NCBI GenBank assembly: GCA_022709735.1
Contig: JAKLIG010000003.1
Coordinates: 70,384-134,383, forward strand
Direction of reading: 5' to 3'
DNA length: 64,000 nucleotides
Source of the DNA: Patescibacteria group bacterium
GTDB taxonomy: Bacteria > Patescibacteriota > Minisyncoccia > Moranbacterales > UBA2206
A program made the translations under genes and the position numbers. The notes beneath the pieces were generated by a model. The model was not told where the DNA came from and ran no database searches. It worked only from the letters and a program-made list of their open reading frames with translations. Of this stretch, positions 9,070-17,363 are shown in pieces. How positions within the stretch are numbered: the stretch's first letter is position 1; the number at the start of each line of letters is the position of its first letter.

Positions 9070-10152
9070 TTAACGCAAGGATTTTTCGTGCTGGTTTTCA
9101 ACTAGAACTTCCCTGAGAGTTTCGATGTCTTCCAAAACAATTCCTGTTCCGCGAACAACTGCCGTCAAAGGATCTTCCATCATTCGAACCGGCATTCCTG
9201 TCTGATCAGCTACTAATTTATCTAAATTCCGAATGAGACTGCCTCCGCCAGCTAGAATTATTCCTCGTTGCATAATATCCGCAATAAGTTCCGGCGGAGT
9301 TTCTTCCACTGCCGTTTTGATGTTGTTGATTATAATTCGAATCGATCTTGAAAGCGCTTCGCGCGCCTGTTCGTCAGTTATGATAATTTCTTTCGGGAGC
9401 CCGGAAACTAAATCGCGTCCGCGGACCGACATTTGCATTTTTTTCTCCTGCGGACAAGCGCTTCCAATTGCAATTTTCACATCCTCTGAAGTTTTTTCAC
9501 CGATAAGCAGATTGAATTCATCTCGGCAATAACGAATGATGTCCTCATTCATTTCATCTCCCGCTATGCGAAGATTTCGGGAAACCACAATTCCGCCTAA
9601 GGATATGACTGCGATATCAGTCGTTCCGCCTCCAATATCCACCACCATATTCCCCGCTGCTTCCTGGACTGGCAAGCGGGCGCCGATTGCCGCTGCCATT
9701 GGTTCGTCGATAAGATAGGCTTCTTTCGCTCCAGCATTTATCGCCGCGTCAATTACCGCTCTTTTTTCCACTTCGGTAACATCCGAAGGGATTCCAATTA
9801 CCACTCTTGGTCCAGAAAAAAAAGAAAAACCGCCCTTATTAACTTTGTCGATAAAACATTTGAGCATTTGTTCGGTAATTTCAAAATCGCTCACGACGCC
9901 GTCAACCAGCGGGCGAGTCGCCACAATATGGCTCGGAGTTTTTCCGACCATTCTTTTCGCCTCTCTTCCAATCGCCAAAACTTGGCCGGTTTTTTTGTTG
10001 ACCGCCACAACTGACGGCTCATTTATCACAATTCCTCGGCCTTTTACATAAACCAAAGTATTGGCGGTTCCAAGATCAATTCCGATATCCTTGGAAAATC
10101 CGCCGAAAAAATTGCCGGTTATTTTTTGAAAAAAGTTTCTAATTTTGCCCAT
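9070..10152 (-). CDS. mreB: rod shape-determining protein MreB (actin homolog)
   Basis: IGIDLGTANTLVY is the actin/Hsp70 phosphate-1 motif. The product is 360 aa. Confidence 0.95.
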   Translation of the reverse strand: MGKIRNFFQKITGNFFGGFSKDIGIDLGTANTLVYVKGRGIVINEPSVVAVNKKTGQVLAIGREAKRMVGKTPSHIVATRPLVDGVVSDFEITEQMLKCFIDKVNKGGFSFFSGPRVVIGIPSDVTEVEKRAVIDAAINAGAKEAYLIDEPMAAAIGARLPVQEAAGNMVVDIGGGTTDIAVISLGGIVVSRNLRIAGDEMNEDIIRYCRDEFNLLIGEKTSEDVKIAIGSACPQEKKMQMSVRGRDLVSGLPKEIIITDEQAREALSRSIRIIINNIKTAVEETPPELIADIMQRGIILAGGGSLIRNLDKLVADQTGMPVRMMEDPLTAVVRGTGIVLEDIETLREVLVENQHEKSLR

Positions 10153-10232
10153 ATTTTAAAAATCCAACATTATCTAGTTGGGAAATTTTATGATTAAAAA
10201 ATTTTGTTTTTATTTTACTTTACTTCTTATCT

Positions 10233-10261
10233 ATTCTACTTTAATAGAAGGGCGTTGTCAA
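10233..10261 (-). promoter_or_regulatory. sigma70-like promoter upstream of the mreB operon (TTGACA-17 nt-TAGAAT)
   Basis: The minus strand reads TTGACAacgcccttctattaaagTAGAAT, about 75 nt upstream of the mreB ATG. Confidence 0.5.
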
Positions 10262-10263
10262 AA

Positions 10264-10617
10264 TTAAGCGCTTTCTCCTTTGATTATTTTTCTGGCTCTT
10301 TCAAAATAACTAGATATGGCCTCTAAATCTGCTTCTTTTTTTATTCGTTCTAAATCAGCGTTATATTTATCAACAAGATTATTGAATTCAACAATAGCTT
10401 TCGGATCGCTTTTTAACATAATATAATCATACATCCCAGGAAATCCTTTTTCATTCCTCCTTAAATATTCTTCATAATGTTCGAGAGGCTTGGGCGAAAT
10501 TATAGTCGGCCATAAATTAAGAATATCAATATCTAATTTGTAGCCCATATTAAAGCTACTATCTACCATTTCTTTATGGTCATCACTTAGAATTGGCGAT
10601 TTTTTTTCGATATTCAT
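10264..10617 (-). CDS. hypothetical protein
   Basis: 117-aa ORF with no recognised motif. Confidence 0.4.
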   Translation of the reverse strand: MNIEKKSPILSDDHKEMVDSSFNMGYKLDIDILNLWPTIISPKPLEHYEEYLRRNEKGFPGMYDYIMLKSDPKAIVEFNNLVDKYNADLERIKKEADLEAISSYFERARKIIKGESA

Positions 10618-10629
10618 ATCATCTAAATT

Positions 10630-11013
10630 TTATAAATTATCATTTAAAAAATTTTCCAATATAACTAGGTCTTTTTTATCTTTACTATAATGAGATGTTT
10701 TTATGCCAACTGATTTAGCGCTTTTGGCAGCCTCTTTGTCATGCTCAAAATAAATCACATCTTCTGCATTTAACCTAAAATATTCTAACATTTTTTTATA
10801 ATAGTTTGGGTCTGTTTTTTCTGGATTATGCTTTAGGGTAAAAACTTCATAGGGAGTATCGTTTAAATTATAGCTATTATTAGTTTTATAATCAGCACTT
10901 GTAAGAATAATTTTTTTATTTTCAAATTTATCCAATAACAATTGCATATCTTTAAAAATATTTCCCTCTGTATCTATTAGACATCCTATTGCATCTACTA
11001 AGATTGTTTTCAT
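10630..11013 (-). CDS. hypothetical protein (possibly HAD-like)
   Basis: 127-aa ORF. The N-terminus ILVDAIGCLID weakly resembles HAD motif I, but no DxD is present. Confidence 0.35.
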   Translation of the reverse strand: MKTILVDAIGCLIDTEGNIFKDMQLLLDKFENKKIILTSADYKTNNSYNLNDTPYEVFTLKHNPEKTDPNYYKKMLEYFRLNAEDVIYFEHDKEAAKSAKSVGIKTSHYSKDKKDLVILENFLNDNL

Positions 11014-11038
11014 ATAGTTTTTTATTTGCTTTTCTATT

Positions 11039-11386
11039 CTAAATCTCCTCTACATAAAAATCTCCTTCTGTATAAGTAACCCTGACTCCATATTTTGGAA
11101 AAGATTTTGAACCTCCTTCTTCAAACTCAATGCAATCGACAATATCTTCAAGCGATTTATCGTTAGGACATTCCGGGTCAAGATACACGATCTGAAGTTT
11201 GTTTGGCGCTTCATTTTCCCACTCATCTGTTAATCGTCTCAACAAAAGAGGTTTGCCTCCGGGTTGCTTGCTCGCATAAACATTTTCAAGGCTTTCTTTT
11301 ATTCTATCTCCATTTTTCAATAAATCCTTCGTTTTATTTTCTTTTTGTTTTTTATATGCAAAAAAGTCTATTGTTTTTTCTGCCAT
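11039..11386 (-). CDS. hypothetical protein
   Basis: 115-aa ORF with no recognised motif. Confidence 0.4.
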   Translation of the reverse strand: MAEKTIDFFAYKKQKENKTKDLLKNGDRIKESLENVYASKQPGGKPLLLRRLTDEWENEAPNKLQIVYLDPECPNDKSLEDIVDCIEFEEGGSKSFPKYGVRVTYTEGDFYVEEI

Positions 11387-11401
11387 ATGTTTAATAATTA
11401 A

Positions 11402-12718
11402 TTATTTCACAAACTTCATCACATCCTTAAATGTAATTAGAATTAAAAGAAAAATGAGAAGCGCGAAGCCGACTGAATGGAAAGTTTGTTCCAATTTATG
11501 GCTCACGGGCGTTCCTTTTATTTTTTCAATTATCACAAAAAGAATTCTTCCACCATCAAGCGCCGGAATCGGCAAAATATTAATTATCCCAAGATTTATA
11601 CTTAGAAGCGCCGCAAATTGCAAGATATAAACCAAACCAAGACCGGTAACTTCTTTAGTGAGCACCGCAATGCCGACTGGTCCGGCGACATCTGCCGAGA
11701 CGCCATTACCCATAAATAGGCTTTTGATAATCCCGCCTAGCGCCACTAAAATTGCTACTGTTAAATTAAAAGTAGTTTTCAGGCCTTCCCAAAGAGCTTG
11801 ATACCACGGGTATTTTATAATCGAAGTTTCAGCAAGGCTCACGCCCAGCGGTCCCTGTCCTTCCGGCGCGTCTTTTCGTGGCGTTACTTTTATCTCCAAA
11901 ATCTGATCCCCTCTTTTTACCTCTAAATTTATTTCCTGACCGGCATTATTTTTTATGTAATTTTGGACATCTTCAATATTGGAAAGATTTTCATTTTTTC
12001 CAATCGAATTTTTCTGATTTTTTAGAATTTCATCTCCGATTTTTATCCCGGCTAATTGTGCCGGAGTTCCAGCGGAAACATTTGAAATTTGAATTTTCGT
12101 ATTTGAAATACTTTTATCATTCGGATCAATCGCTTGCGGAGCACCCAGCATAAAAACAATTGATATCAAAACCCAAGCCAAGATAAAATTCATCATCACT
12201 CCCGCGGCCAAAACTTTTGTTCGAACCCATGCTGATTTTCCCGCAAAACTATCTTCATCATCTTTGTTTCCTCCATCCTCGCCTTTGATTTTCACAAATC
12301 CTCCAAGCGGTATCCAGTTTATCGAATAAATTGTTCCGCCTCGAAATTTTTTTTCATGCGCCTCAGAAAGATCTTTTTTTTCATTTTCGTCATCGCCATC
12401 TTGGCTTCCCCAAATTATTCTCCATTTTTTTATCGGCGCAAGTATATATTTCTCATGAAATTTTTCCGTGATAATTTCTTCGCGAATTTCTTCACCCGGA
12501 ATTTTTATGTCAATCGATTTTACTTCCACGCTTTCCACTTCCCTTTCTTTCTTGTTTTCTTCTCCGGCTATTCTCTGCAAGCCAAAAATTCTTGGCGGAA
12601 AACCGAAACCAAATTCACTGGCTTTGATGCCATTTCTTCTAGCCGTCACAAAATGCCCCAACTCATGGACAAAAATTAAAACGCCGAGAATTATTATAAA
12701 GACAATTATCGCTATCAT
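11402..12718 (-). CDS. rseP: site-2 protease RseP (M50 zinc metalloprotease with PDZ domain)
   Basis: The HExxH motif HELGHF sits in the first TM helix, with a central PDZ-like segment and C-terminal TM helices. Confidence 0.85.
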   Translation of the reverse strand: MIAIIVFIIILGVLIFVHELGHFVTARRNGIKASEFGFGFPPRIFGLQRIAGEENKKEREVESVEVKSIDIKIPGEEIREEIITEKFHEKYILAPIKKWRIIWGSQDGDDENEKKDLSEAHEKKFRGGTIYSINWIPLGGFVKIKGEDGGNKDDEDSFAGKSAWVRTKVLAAGVMMNFILAWVLISIVFMLGAPQAIDPNDKSISNTKIQISNVSAGTPAQLAGIKIGDEILKNQKNSIGKNENLSNIEDVQNYIKNNAGQEINLEVKRGDQILEIKVTPRKDAPEGQGPLGVSLAETSIIKYPWYQALWEGLKTTFNLTVAILVALGGIIKSLFMGNGVSADVAGPVGIAVLTKEVTGLGLVYILQFAALLSINLGIINILPIPALDGGRILFVIIEKIKGTPVSHKLEQTFHSVGFALLIFLLILITFKDVMKFVK

Positions 12719-12793
12719 ATGAAAAATTTACAATTTTCAATTTACAATTTTCAATTTATTGTAAATTGATCATTGGTTATTGAAAATTAAATT

Positions 12794-13351
12794 TTATATT
12801 GTCATTATCTCTTCTTCTTTTTTCTTTCTGATTTCTTCAATTTTGGCATTGTATTCATCAACTATTTTTTGCAATTTTTCTTTTCCGCTGAATTTATCAT
12901 CCTCGCCGATTTTTCCAGCTTTCTCCGCTTCCTGAATTTCTTCCCAAATTTCTTCCCGCACTCTTCGCACCGACACTCGAGCTTCTTCCGCTCTTTGATT
13001 GAGCATTTTGACCAGTTCTTTTCGACGCTCTTCATTGAGCGCTGGAATATTGATTCGAACTACCTGCCCATCGTTAACTGGATTCAGATTCAATTGTGAT
13101 TCGCGAATCGCTTTTTCAATATCCACCAAAACATCCCGGCTCCACGGGGTAATGGCAATTGTTCTGGCTTCCGGCACGGTGATGCTCGCTACTTGTTTCA
13201 ATGGAGATTTGGCGCCATAATAATCCACCAGCAAATCCTCCACCAAAGAAACGCTAGCTCGTCCGGTTCGAAGTTTTCCCAATTCGTCCTTGAAATAACT
13301 AATCGCTTTTTCAAAATCCTCTTTTTTCTTGTTGATTGTTTCATTAACCAT
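12794..13351 (-). CDS. frr: ribosome recycling factor
   Basis: MVNETINKKKEDFEKAISYFKDELGKLRTGRAS... is typical RRF. The start was moved to the internal Met; the ORF track extends it to 13393. Confidence 0.9.
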   Translation of the reverse strand: MVNETINKKKEDFEKAISYFKDELGKLRTGRASVSLVEDLLVDYYGAKSPLKQVASITVPEARTIAITPWSRDVLVDIEKAIRESQLNLNPVNDGQVVRINIPALNEERRKELVKMLNQRAEEARVSVRRVREEIWEEIQEAEKAGKIGEDDKFSGKEKLQKIVDEYNAKIEEIRKKKEEEIMTI

Positions 13352-13460
13352 AATTATAAACCTACAAAAATACAAAATTTTACAAAAGTACAAAATTATA
13401 AAACTATTTTATTTCTTGCACTTTTGTATTTTTATATATATTTGTAATTTTGTAGGAAAT

Positions 13461-14519
13461 TTACTTAGTGAATCCCAAATACAATTCTCCGCCATTTGGA
13501 TTATATTCCAAAATATTGGCTTTCATTTTATTGTCAAACTGGAAAGTCTTCCAATTTTTTCCGCCGTCAATTGATTTATATGTCGCCTGGTCCATTGCAT
13601 ACACAATTTCGCTGGAATTTTTCGGGCTTATTGCCAACGCTCTTATCGGAAAATTTTCCGGATTGTTAAGCGCCAAAATTTCCTGCCATTTTTCTCCGCC
13701 GTCTGCGCTCATCATTATCCCATCTGCGCCGGCAAGATAAACACGATTAGGAAACACCGGATCAGTTTTTATCACACTGAATTTTCCACTATTGAAAGAA
13801 AAGGATTCCTTATTTATTTTTCCCGAAATATCTTCAAAGCTGGCGCCCGCATCTTTGCTTCGAAAAATATTTCCAGAATTAGTTATAAAATAAAGCAAAT
13901 TGCTATTTGCCACATCTATGACAATTTTTAAAATTGGATCTTCGGATAAATAAATATTCTTCCAAGTCGCTCCGCCGTCCATGCTTTTTATAGCTTCTTT
14001 TTCACTGGTCGTAGCATAAATAACATTAGGATTTTTTTTATCAATAATCAAAGAAATTACAATCGGACCGGCTGACGGACTGGTATAAATTTCCGTCCAA
14101 TTTTTTCCTTCGTCTTGGGTTTTGAAAATTTTTCCCGTTCCTTGCCAAACTCCGCTGGCATATAGGGTTCTGCCGTCAGTTGGGCTAAGCGCCAAACCAT
14201 AAACTTTTTCCGATTGATAGTTTATAAATTTCCAAGTTGTTCCACCGTCAGTTGTTTCCAAAATTCCGCCTTTCCGCAGTCCGACATAAACATTGTTCAC
14301 GTCATACGGATTTATGGCAAAACTCAAAATATCAATATCCGTCGCATTCGCTTTTCCTTCACCTTTGTTTTTTGCTTCCCAATTTGCTCCGCCGTCAGTT
14401 GACTTCCAAACGCTTTGCGTCAAAGTGAAAGTTGGGACAGCAGTAGTTTTATTACTCACGCAACCAGAAAAAACCAAAGCCACAAGCAATCCAGCCGAGA
14501 TAAATAATATTTTTTTCAT
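13461..14519 (-). CDS. BNR/Asp-box repeat beta-propeller lipoprotein (sialidase/Ycf48-like)
   Basis: A lipoprotein signal (LVALVFSGC) is followed by seven or more S/TxDxGxxW Asp-box repeats (STDGGANW, TTDGGTTW, SMDGGATW, SIDGGKNW...). Confidence 0.7.
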   Translation of the reverse strand: MKKILFISAGLLVALVFSGCVSNKTTAVPTFTLTQSVWKSTDGGANWEAKNKGEGKANATDIDILSFAINPYDVNNVYVGLRKGGILETTDGGTTWKFINYQSEKVYGLALSPTDGRTLYASGVWQGTGKIFKTQDEGKNWTEIYTSPSAGPIVISLIIDKKNPNVIYATTSEKEAIKSMDGGATWKNIYLSEDPILKIVIDVANSNLLYFITNSGNIFRSKDAGASFEDISGKINKESFSFNSGKFSVIKTDPVFPNRVYLAGADGIMMSADGGEKWQEILALNNPENFPIRALAISPKNSSEIVYAMDQATYKSIDGGKNWKTFQFDNKMKANILEYNPNGGELYLGFTK

Positions 14520-14556
14520 ATGTTTTTTATTTATTTAATTATAGCATAACTGCGCT

Positions 14557-14586
14557 AAAAAACAAAAAACCCCGCGTTATCGCGAG
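14557..14586 (-). terminator. intrinsic terminator after tRNA-Lys
   Basis: The minus strand reads CTCGCGATAACGCGGGG followed by TTTTTTGTTTTTT. Confidence 0.45.
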
Positions 14587-14595
14587 ATTTTCTTG

Positions 14596-14669
14596 TGCGC
14601 TGTGGAGGATTCGAACCTCCGACCGTTTGCTTAAAAGGCAACTGCTCTACCAGGCTGAGCTAACAGCGC
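14596..14669 (-). tRNA. tRNA-Lys (anticodon UUU); CCA not encoded
   Basis: The sequence folds as a cloverleaf: acceptor GCGCTGT/ACAGCGC, anticodon loop CTTTTAA, T-arm GGAGGTTCGAATCCTCC. Confidence 0.85.
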
Positions 14670-15163
14670 AAAAATGATAAGCTGAGTCCCGACCTTGCGT
14701 CGGAGCTAACAGCGCAAAATAAAAAATAACTTTCGTTATTATATCATCCTCATTTCTTTAGTCAATACGAGCTTAACTAAAAAAAGAAGGAGCCGGGATT
14801 GTAGCTTGGAGGTTCATATGGGACCACCAAAAATTCGCACAATCTCGGCTGGGTTAAATTGTTTGAGGGTTTTAACCGTAAAGTTCTATTCCCCTAATCC
14901 CAACCTCTGCAAGATGATTTCTTGCCATTTTTCTGTTTGCCGCGGAAACAGTTTCATCCATCGACATTTTAAATAAATAATCACATACAACAGAAAAATT
15001 CTTTCCTGGGCTCGGATAGGGAGCTAAAACAACTACAGCTCCACCTTCTTCTTGCTCCGATTTCATCATGGTGCCATTTCCTTTCTTTTTCCTTTAAACC
15101 CTCGTCCACAGCGTTGCCTAAGATTCTAGGCTATGAGTGCACACCGTGTGCACATTTAACGCT

Positions 15164-15192
15164 AAAAAAACCATAGCATACTTGTTATGGTT
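15164..15192 (-). terminator. intrinsic terminator downstream of the 15212-15703 gene
   Basis: The minus strand reads AACCATAacaagtatgcTATGGTT followed by TTTTT. Confidence 0.6.
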
Positions 15193-15211
15193 TGTCAAAA
15201 GTAAAAATGCC

Positions 15212-15703
15212 TTAATTAAGCCTTTTTCGAATAAGATAAACGAAAATAATTGGAATAATTAGCCAAAAGAAGTGAAACTCGGAAGAAACCAAGTATTTAT
15301 AAGCGTTTTCGGAAATGTAGCCGAGCGCTATTTTTTTAGGTAAAATTGAAAGAATAACACTTAGAAGCATTACTACTTCCAAAAAACTAACCGTGAAAAT
15401 TCGCCACAAAAATTGGGATCCGGAAATATAAACGCCAAAAATTCGTTTGCTAAAAATTGTAAATAAAATTAAAAGAATAAGGAAAAAAATCAACTCATAA
15501 GAATAATCCTTGAGATAATTTCCGGGAAAAGCCTCGAGAAGCGCCAGCGATATATAAGCGCTCATGAGAACTGCAATGAGTCGGCCACGACCAACCAAAA
15601 ATGCAAAAGCAACTGTTAGCAAAATTATAACTATCAAAAGAGAAAAGTCTTGCATGAAACTTGGCGAGATGCCTATTTTTGAAAAAAGTTCAATAAAGTT
15701 CAT
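15212..15703 (-). CDS. hypothetical membrane protein
   Basis: 163 aa with 4-5 predicted TM helices. Confidence 0.5.
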   Translation of the reverse strand: MNFIELFSKIGISPSFMQDFSLLIVIILLTVAFAFLVGRGRLIAVLMSAYISLALLEAFPGNYLKDYSYELIFFLILLILFTIFSKRIFGVYISGSQFLWRIFTVSFLEVVMLLSVILSILPKKIALGYISENAYKYLVSSEFHFFWLIIPIIFVYLIRKRLN

Positions 15704-15757
15704 ATGATTTTTATTTTAGTTTTTAATCTACGTTATTTATAGTATCAAGTATTTTAT

Positions 15758-15937
15758 CCCGCCCTTGCGAAATAGAAAGTCATAAATTAAAGTTTGCGAG
15801 TGTAAAAAATTTACTCATTATTATCCTAAGGGGAGTTTAGTAAATTTAACGAGCAAACTGAAAATTTATCTTTCTATGAGCCTGGGCGGCCTTTTTCTTT
15901 TCTGCCACTTTTCTTTTGGGAAAAGAAAAGTGGCGAA
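15758..15937. repeat. structured intergenic element, copy 1 (candidate sRNA or cis-regulatory element)
   Basis: It matches 35249-35427: CCCGCCCT, then AAAAATTTACTCATTA-TATCCTAAGGGGAGTTTAGTAAATTT (hairpin 1), then CTGGGCGGCC, then the 31-nt hairpin GCCACTTTTCTTTTGGGAAAAGAAAAGTGGC. Confidence 0.5.
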
Positions 15938-16015
15938 ATGTTATTGCGGAAAGAAAAAGTATAAATATTAAAATCTCATTTGGAATTTTATCATCATTTA
16001 ATTCTATTGCCAAAT

Positions 16016-17137
16016 TCATTCCCCCATCTTTTCCAACTCTTCAATAATCCTTTTTTGTTCTCGCGAAAGATTTTTTGGAATCCTGACAATAATTTTGACC
16101 AGCTGATTTCCCCGTCCTCGCCCGTGAATATCCGGCACGCCCTTATTTTTTATCCGAAAAGTTTCGCCTGATTGCGTTCCGGAGGGAATTTTCAAAATTA
16201 ATTTTCCTTCAATTGTTTCGATTTCAATTTCTCCGCCAAGCGTGGCGAGGGAAAAACTAATTTCCTCCGTGCTCAAAATATCATTGTCTCGGCGTGTAAA
16301 TTTATTGTGATTTTTGATGTGAATTAAAACATAAAGATCTCCGGATCTGGCGCCTTTTTCTCCGGCTTCACCCGCGCCTTGGATAGAGATTGTTTGACCA
16401 TTAGAAATTCCCGCCGGAATATTTATTTCCAGTTCTTGCTCTTTTTTTATTTTTCCGTCTCCTCCGCATTTTGTGCATTTCTTTTCATAAGTTTTTCCTT
16501 CTCCCTGGCAGTCCGGACAAACTGTCACTTGGGAAAAAGATCCAAAAAAACTGCGAGTGGTTTTCTGCACTTGTCCCGCGCCATGGCAAGTCGGACAAGT
16601 TTTGATGTTTGCTCCCGGCTCTCCTCCCGTTCCATTGCACCGGTCGCAAACTGCACTTTTATAAAGATTTATTTTTCTTTTCGCTCCGCTTACCATTTCA
16701 TAAAAATCTATTTCTACATCAACTTGAATGTCTTGGCCTCTTTTTTTTCTCCGACCTCTTCCTCCGTCTCCACCGCCAAAAATATTGGAAAAAATATCCT
16801 CAAAATCCGTTCCGCCAAAATCGAAGTTGCCAAAATCTCCGCCAAAGGCGGATCCGCCTCCGGCGGAAAATCCTGAAAAATCGAAACCTCCCGCTTGTCC
16901 GCCTTGGCCAGAAAAGCCTCCAGAACCATCAAAAGTCCGCCCAAATTGGTCGTATTGCTGTCTTTTGGTCTTATCGGAAAGCACTTGGTAAGCTTCGTTT
17001 ATTTCCTTGAATTTTTTTTCGTCTCCGCCGGCTTTGTCAGGATGATGTTTGTGCGCTAATTTTCGATACGCTCTTTTTATCTCATCATCCGACGCGCCTT
17101 TGGAAACGCCTAATATATTGTAATAATCATTCGCCAT
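16016..17137 (-). CDS. dnaJ: chaperone DnaJ
   Basis: It has a J-domain with HPD ([10 protein letters not shown]), a G/F-rich linker and four CxxCxGxG zinc-finger repeats. Confidence 0.95.
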   Translation of the reverse strand: MANDYYNILGVSKGASDDEIKRAYRKLAHKHHPDKAGGDEKKFKEINEAYQVLSDKTKRQQYDQFGRTFDGSGGFSGQGGQAGGFDFSGFSAGGGSAFGGDFGNFDFGGTDFEDIFSNIFGGGDGGRGRRKKRGQDIQVDVEIDFYEMVSGAKRKINLYKSAVCDRCNGTGGEPGANIKTCPTCHGAGQVQKTTRSFFGSFSQVTVCPDCQGEGKTYEKKCTKCGGDGKIKKEQELEINIPAGISNGQTISIQGAGEAGEKGARSGDLYVLIHIKNHNKFTRRDNDILSTEEISFSLATLGGEIEIETIEGKLILKIPSGTQSGETFRIKNKGVPDIHGRGRGNQLVKIIVRIPKNLSREQKRIIEELEKMGE

Positions 17138-17177
17138 ATATTTTTTACTCTTAATATTCTACCACCAAATAAAAAAA

Positions 17178-17204
17178 TTAGCAATCCCATGACTTGAGTG
17201 CTAA
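17178..17204. promoter_or_regulatory. CIRCE operator (HrcA binding site) upstream of dnaJ
   Basis: TTAGCAATC-N9-GAGTGCTAA has one mismatch to the TTAGCACTC-N9-GAGTGCTAA consensus. It lies about 41 bp upstream of the dnaJ ATG. Confidence 0.75.
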
Positions 17205-17228
17205 CTATTCCTTTTATTTTTATTTATA

Positions 17229-17363
17229 AGATTTATGCATTTGTTTTAGAAATTACTCATTGCAAAACTTTATTTGAAAACCTAAACTTTAAGTAAACCA
17301 GAAGAAAATTAGCTTAATAAAAAAATTATGCTTTAGTAATTTCTAAAACAAATGCATAAATCT
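17229..17363. repeat. perfect 29-bp inverted repeat pair flanking a 77-bp spacer
   Basis: AGATTTATGCATTTGTTTTAGAAATTACT at 17229-17257 has an exact reverse complement at 17335-17363. Confidence 0.6.

Noticed and set aside
14672-14718. Possible pseudo-tRNA next to tRNA-Lys
   Set aside because: Only the first ~13 nt of the tRNA are duplicated and the remainder cannot form a cloverleaf. It is interpreted as a partial direct repeat, not a tRNA pseudogene.
14730-15130. tmRNA or RNase P RNA assignment for the unassigned region
   Set aside because: A GGGCUC..AUAGGG-like segment is present. But the flanking GGAAAGUCC / ACAGAANCCGGCUUA elements of RNase P were not found, nor were a tRNA-like T-arm plus ACCA end or a tag reading frame ending in LAA for tmRNA. 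The peptide AANRKMARNHLAEV... does not look like a proteolysis tag. The call needs a covariance-model search.
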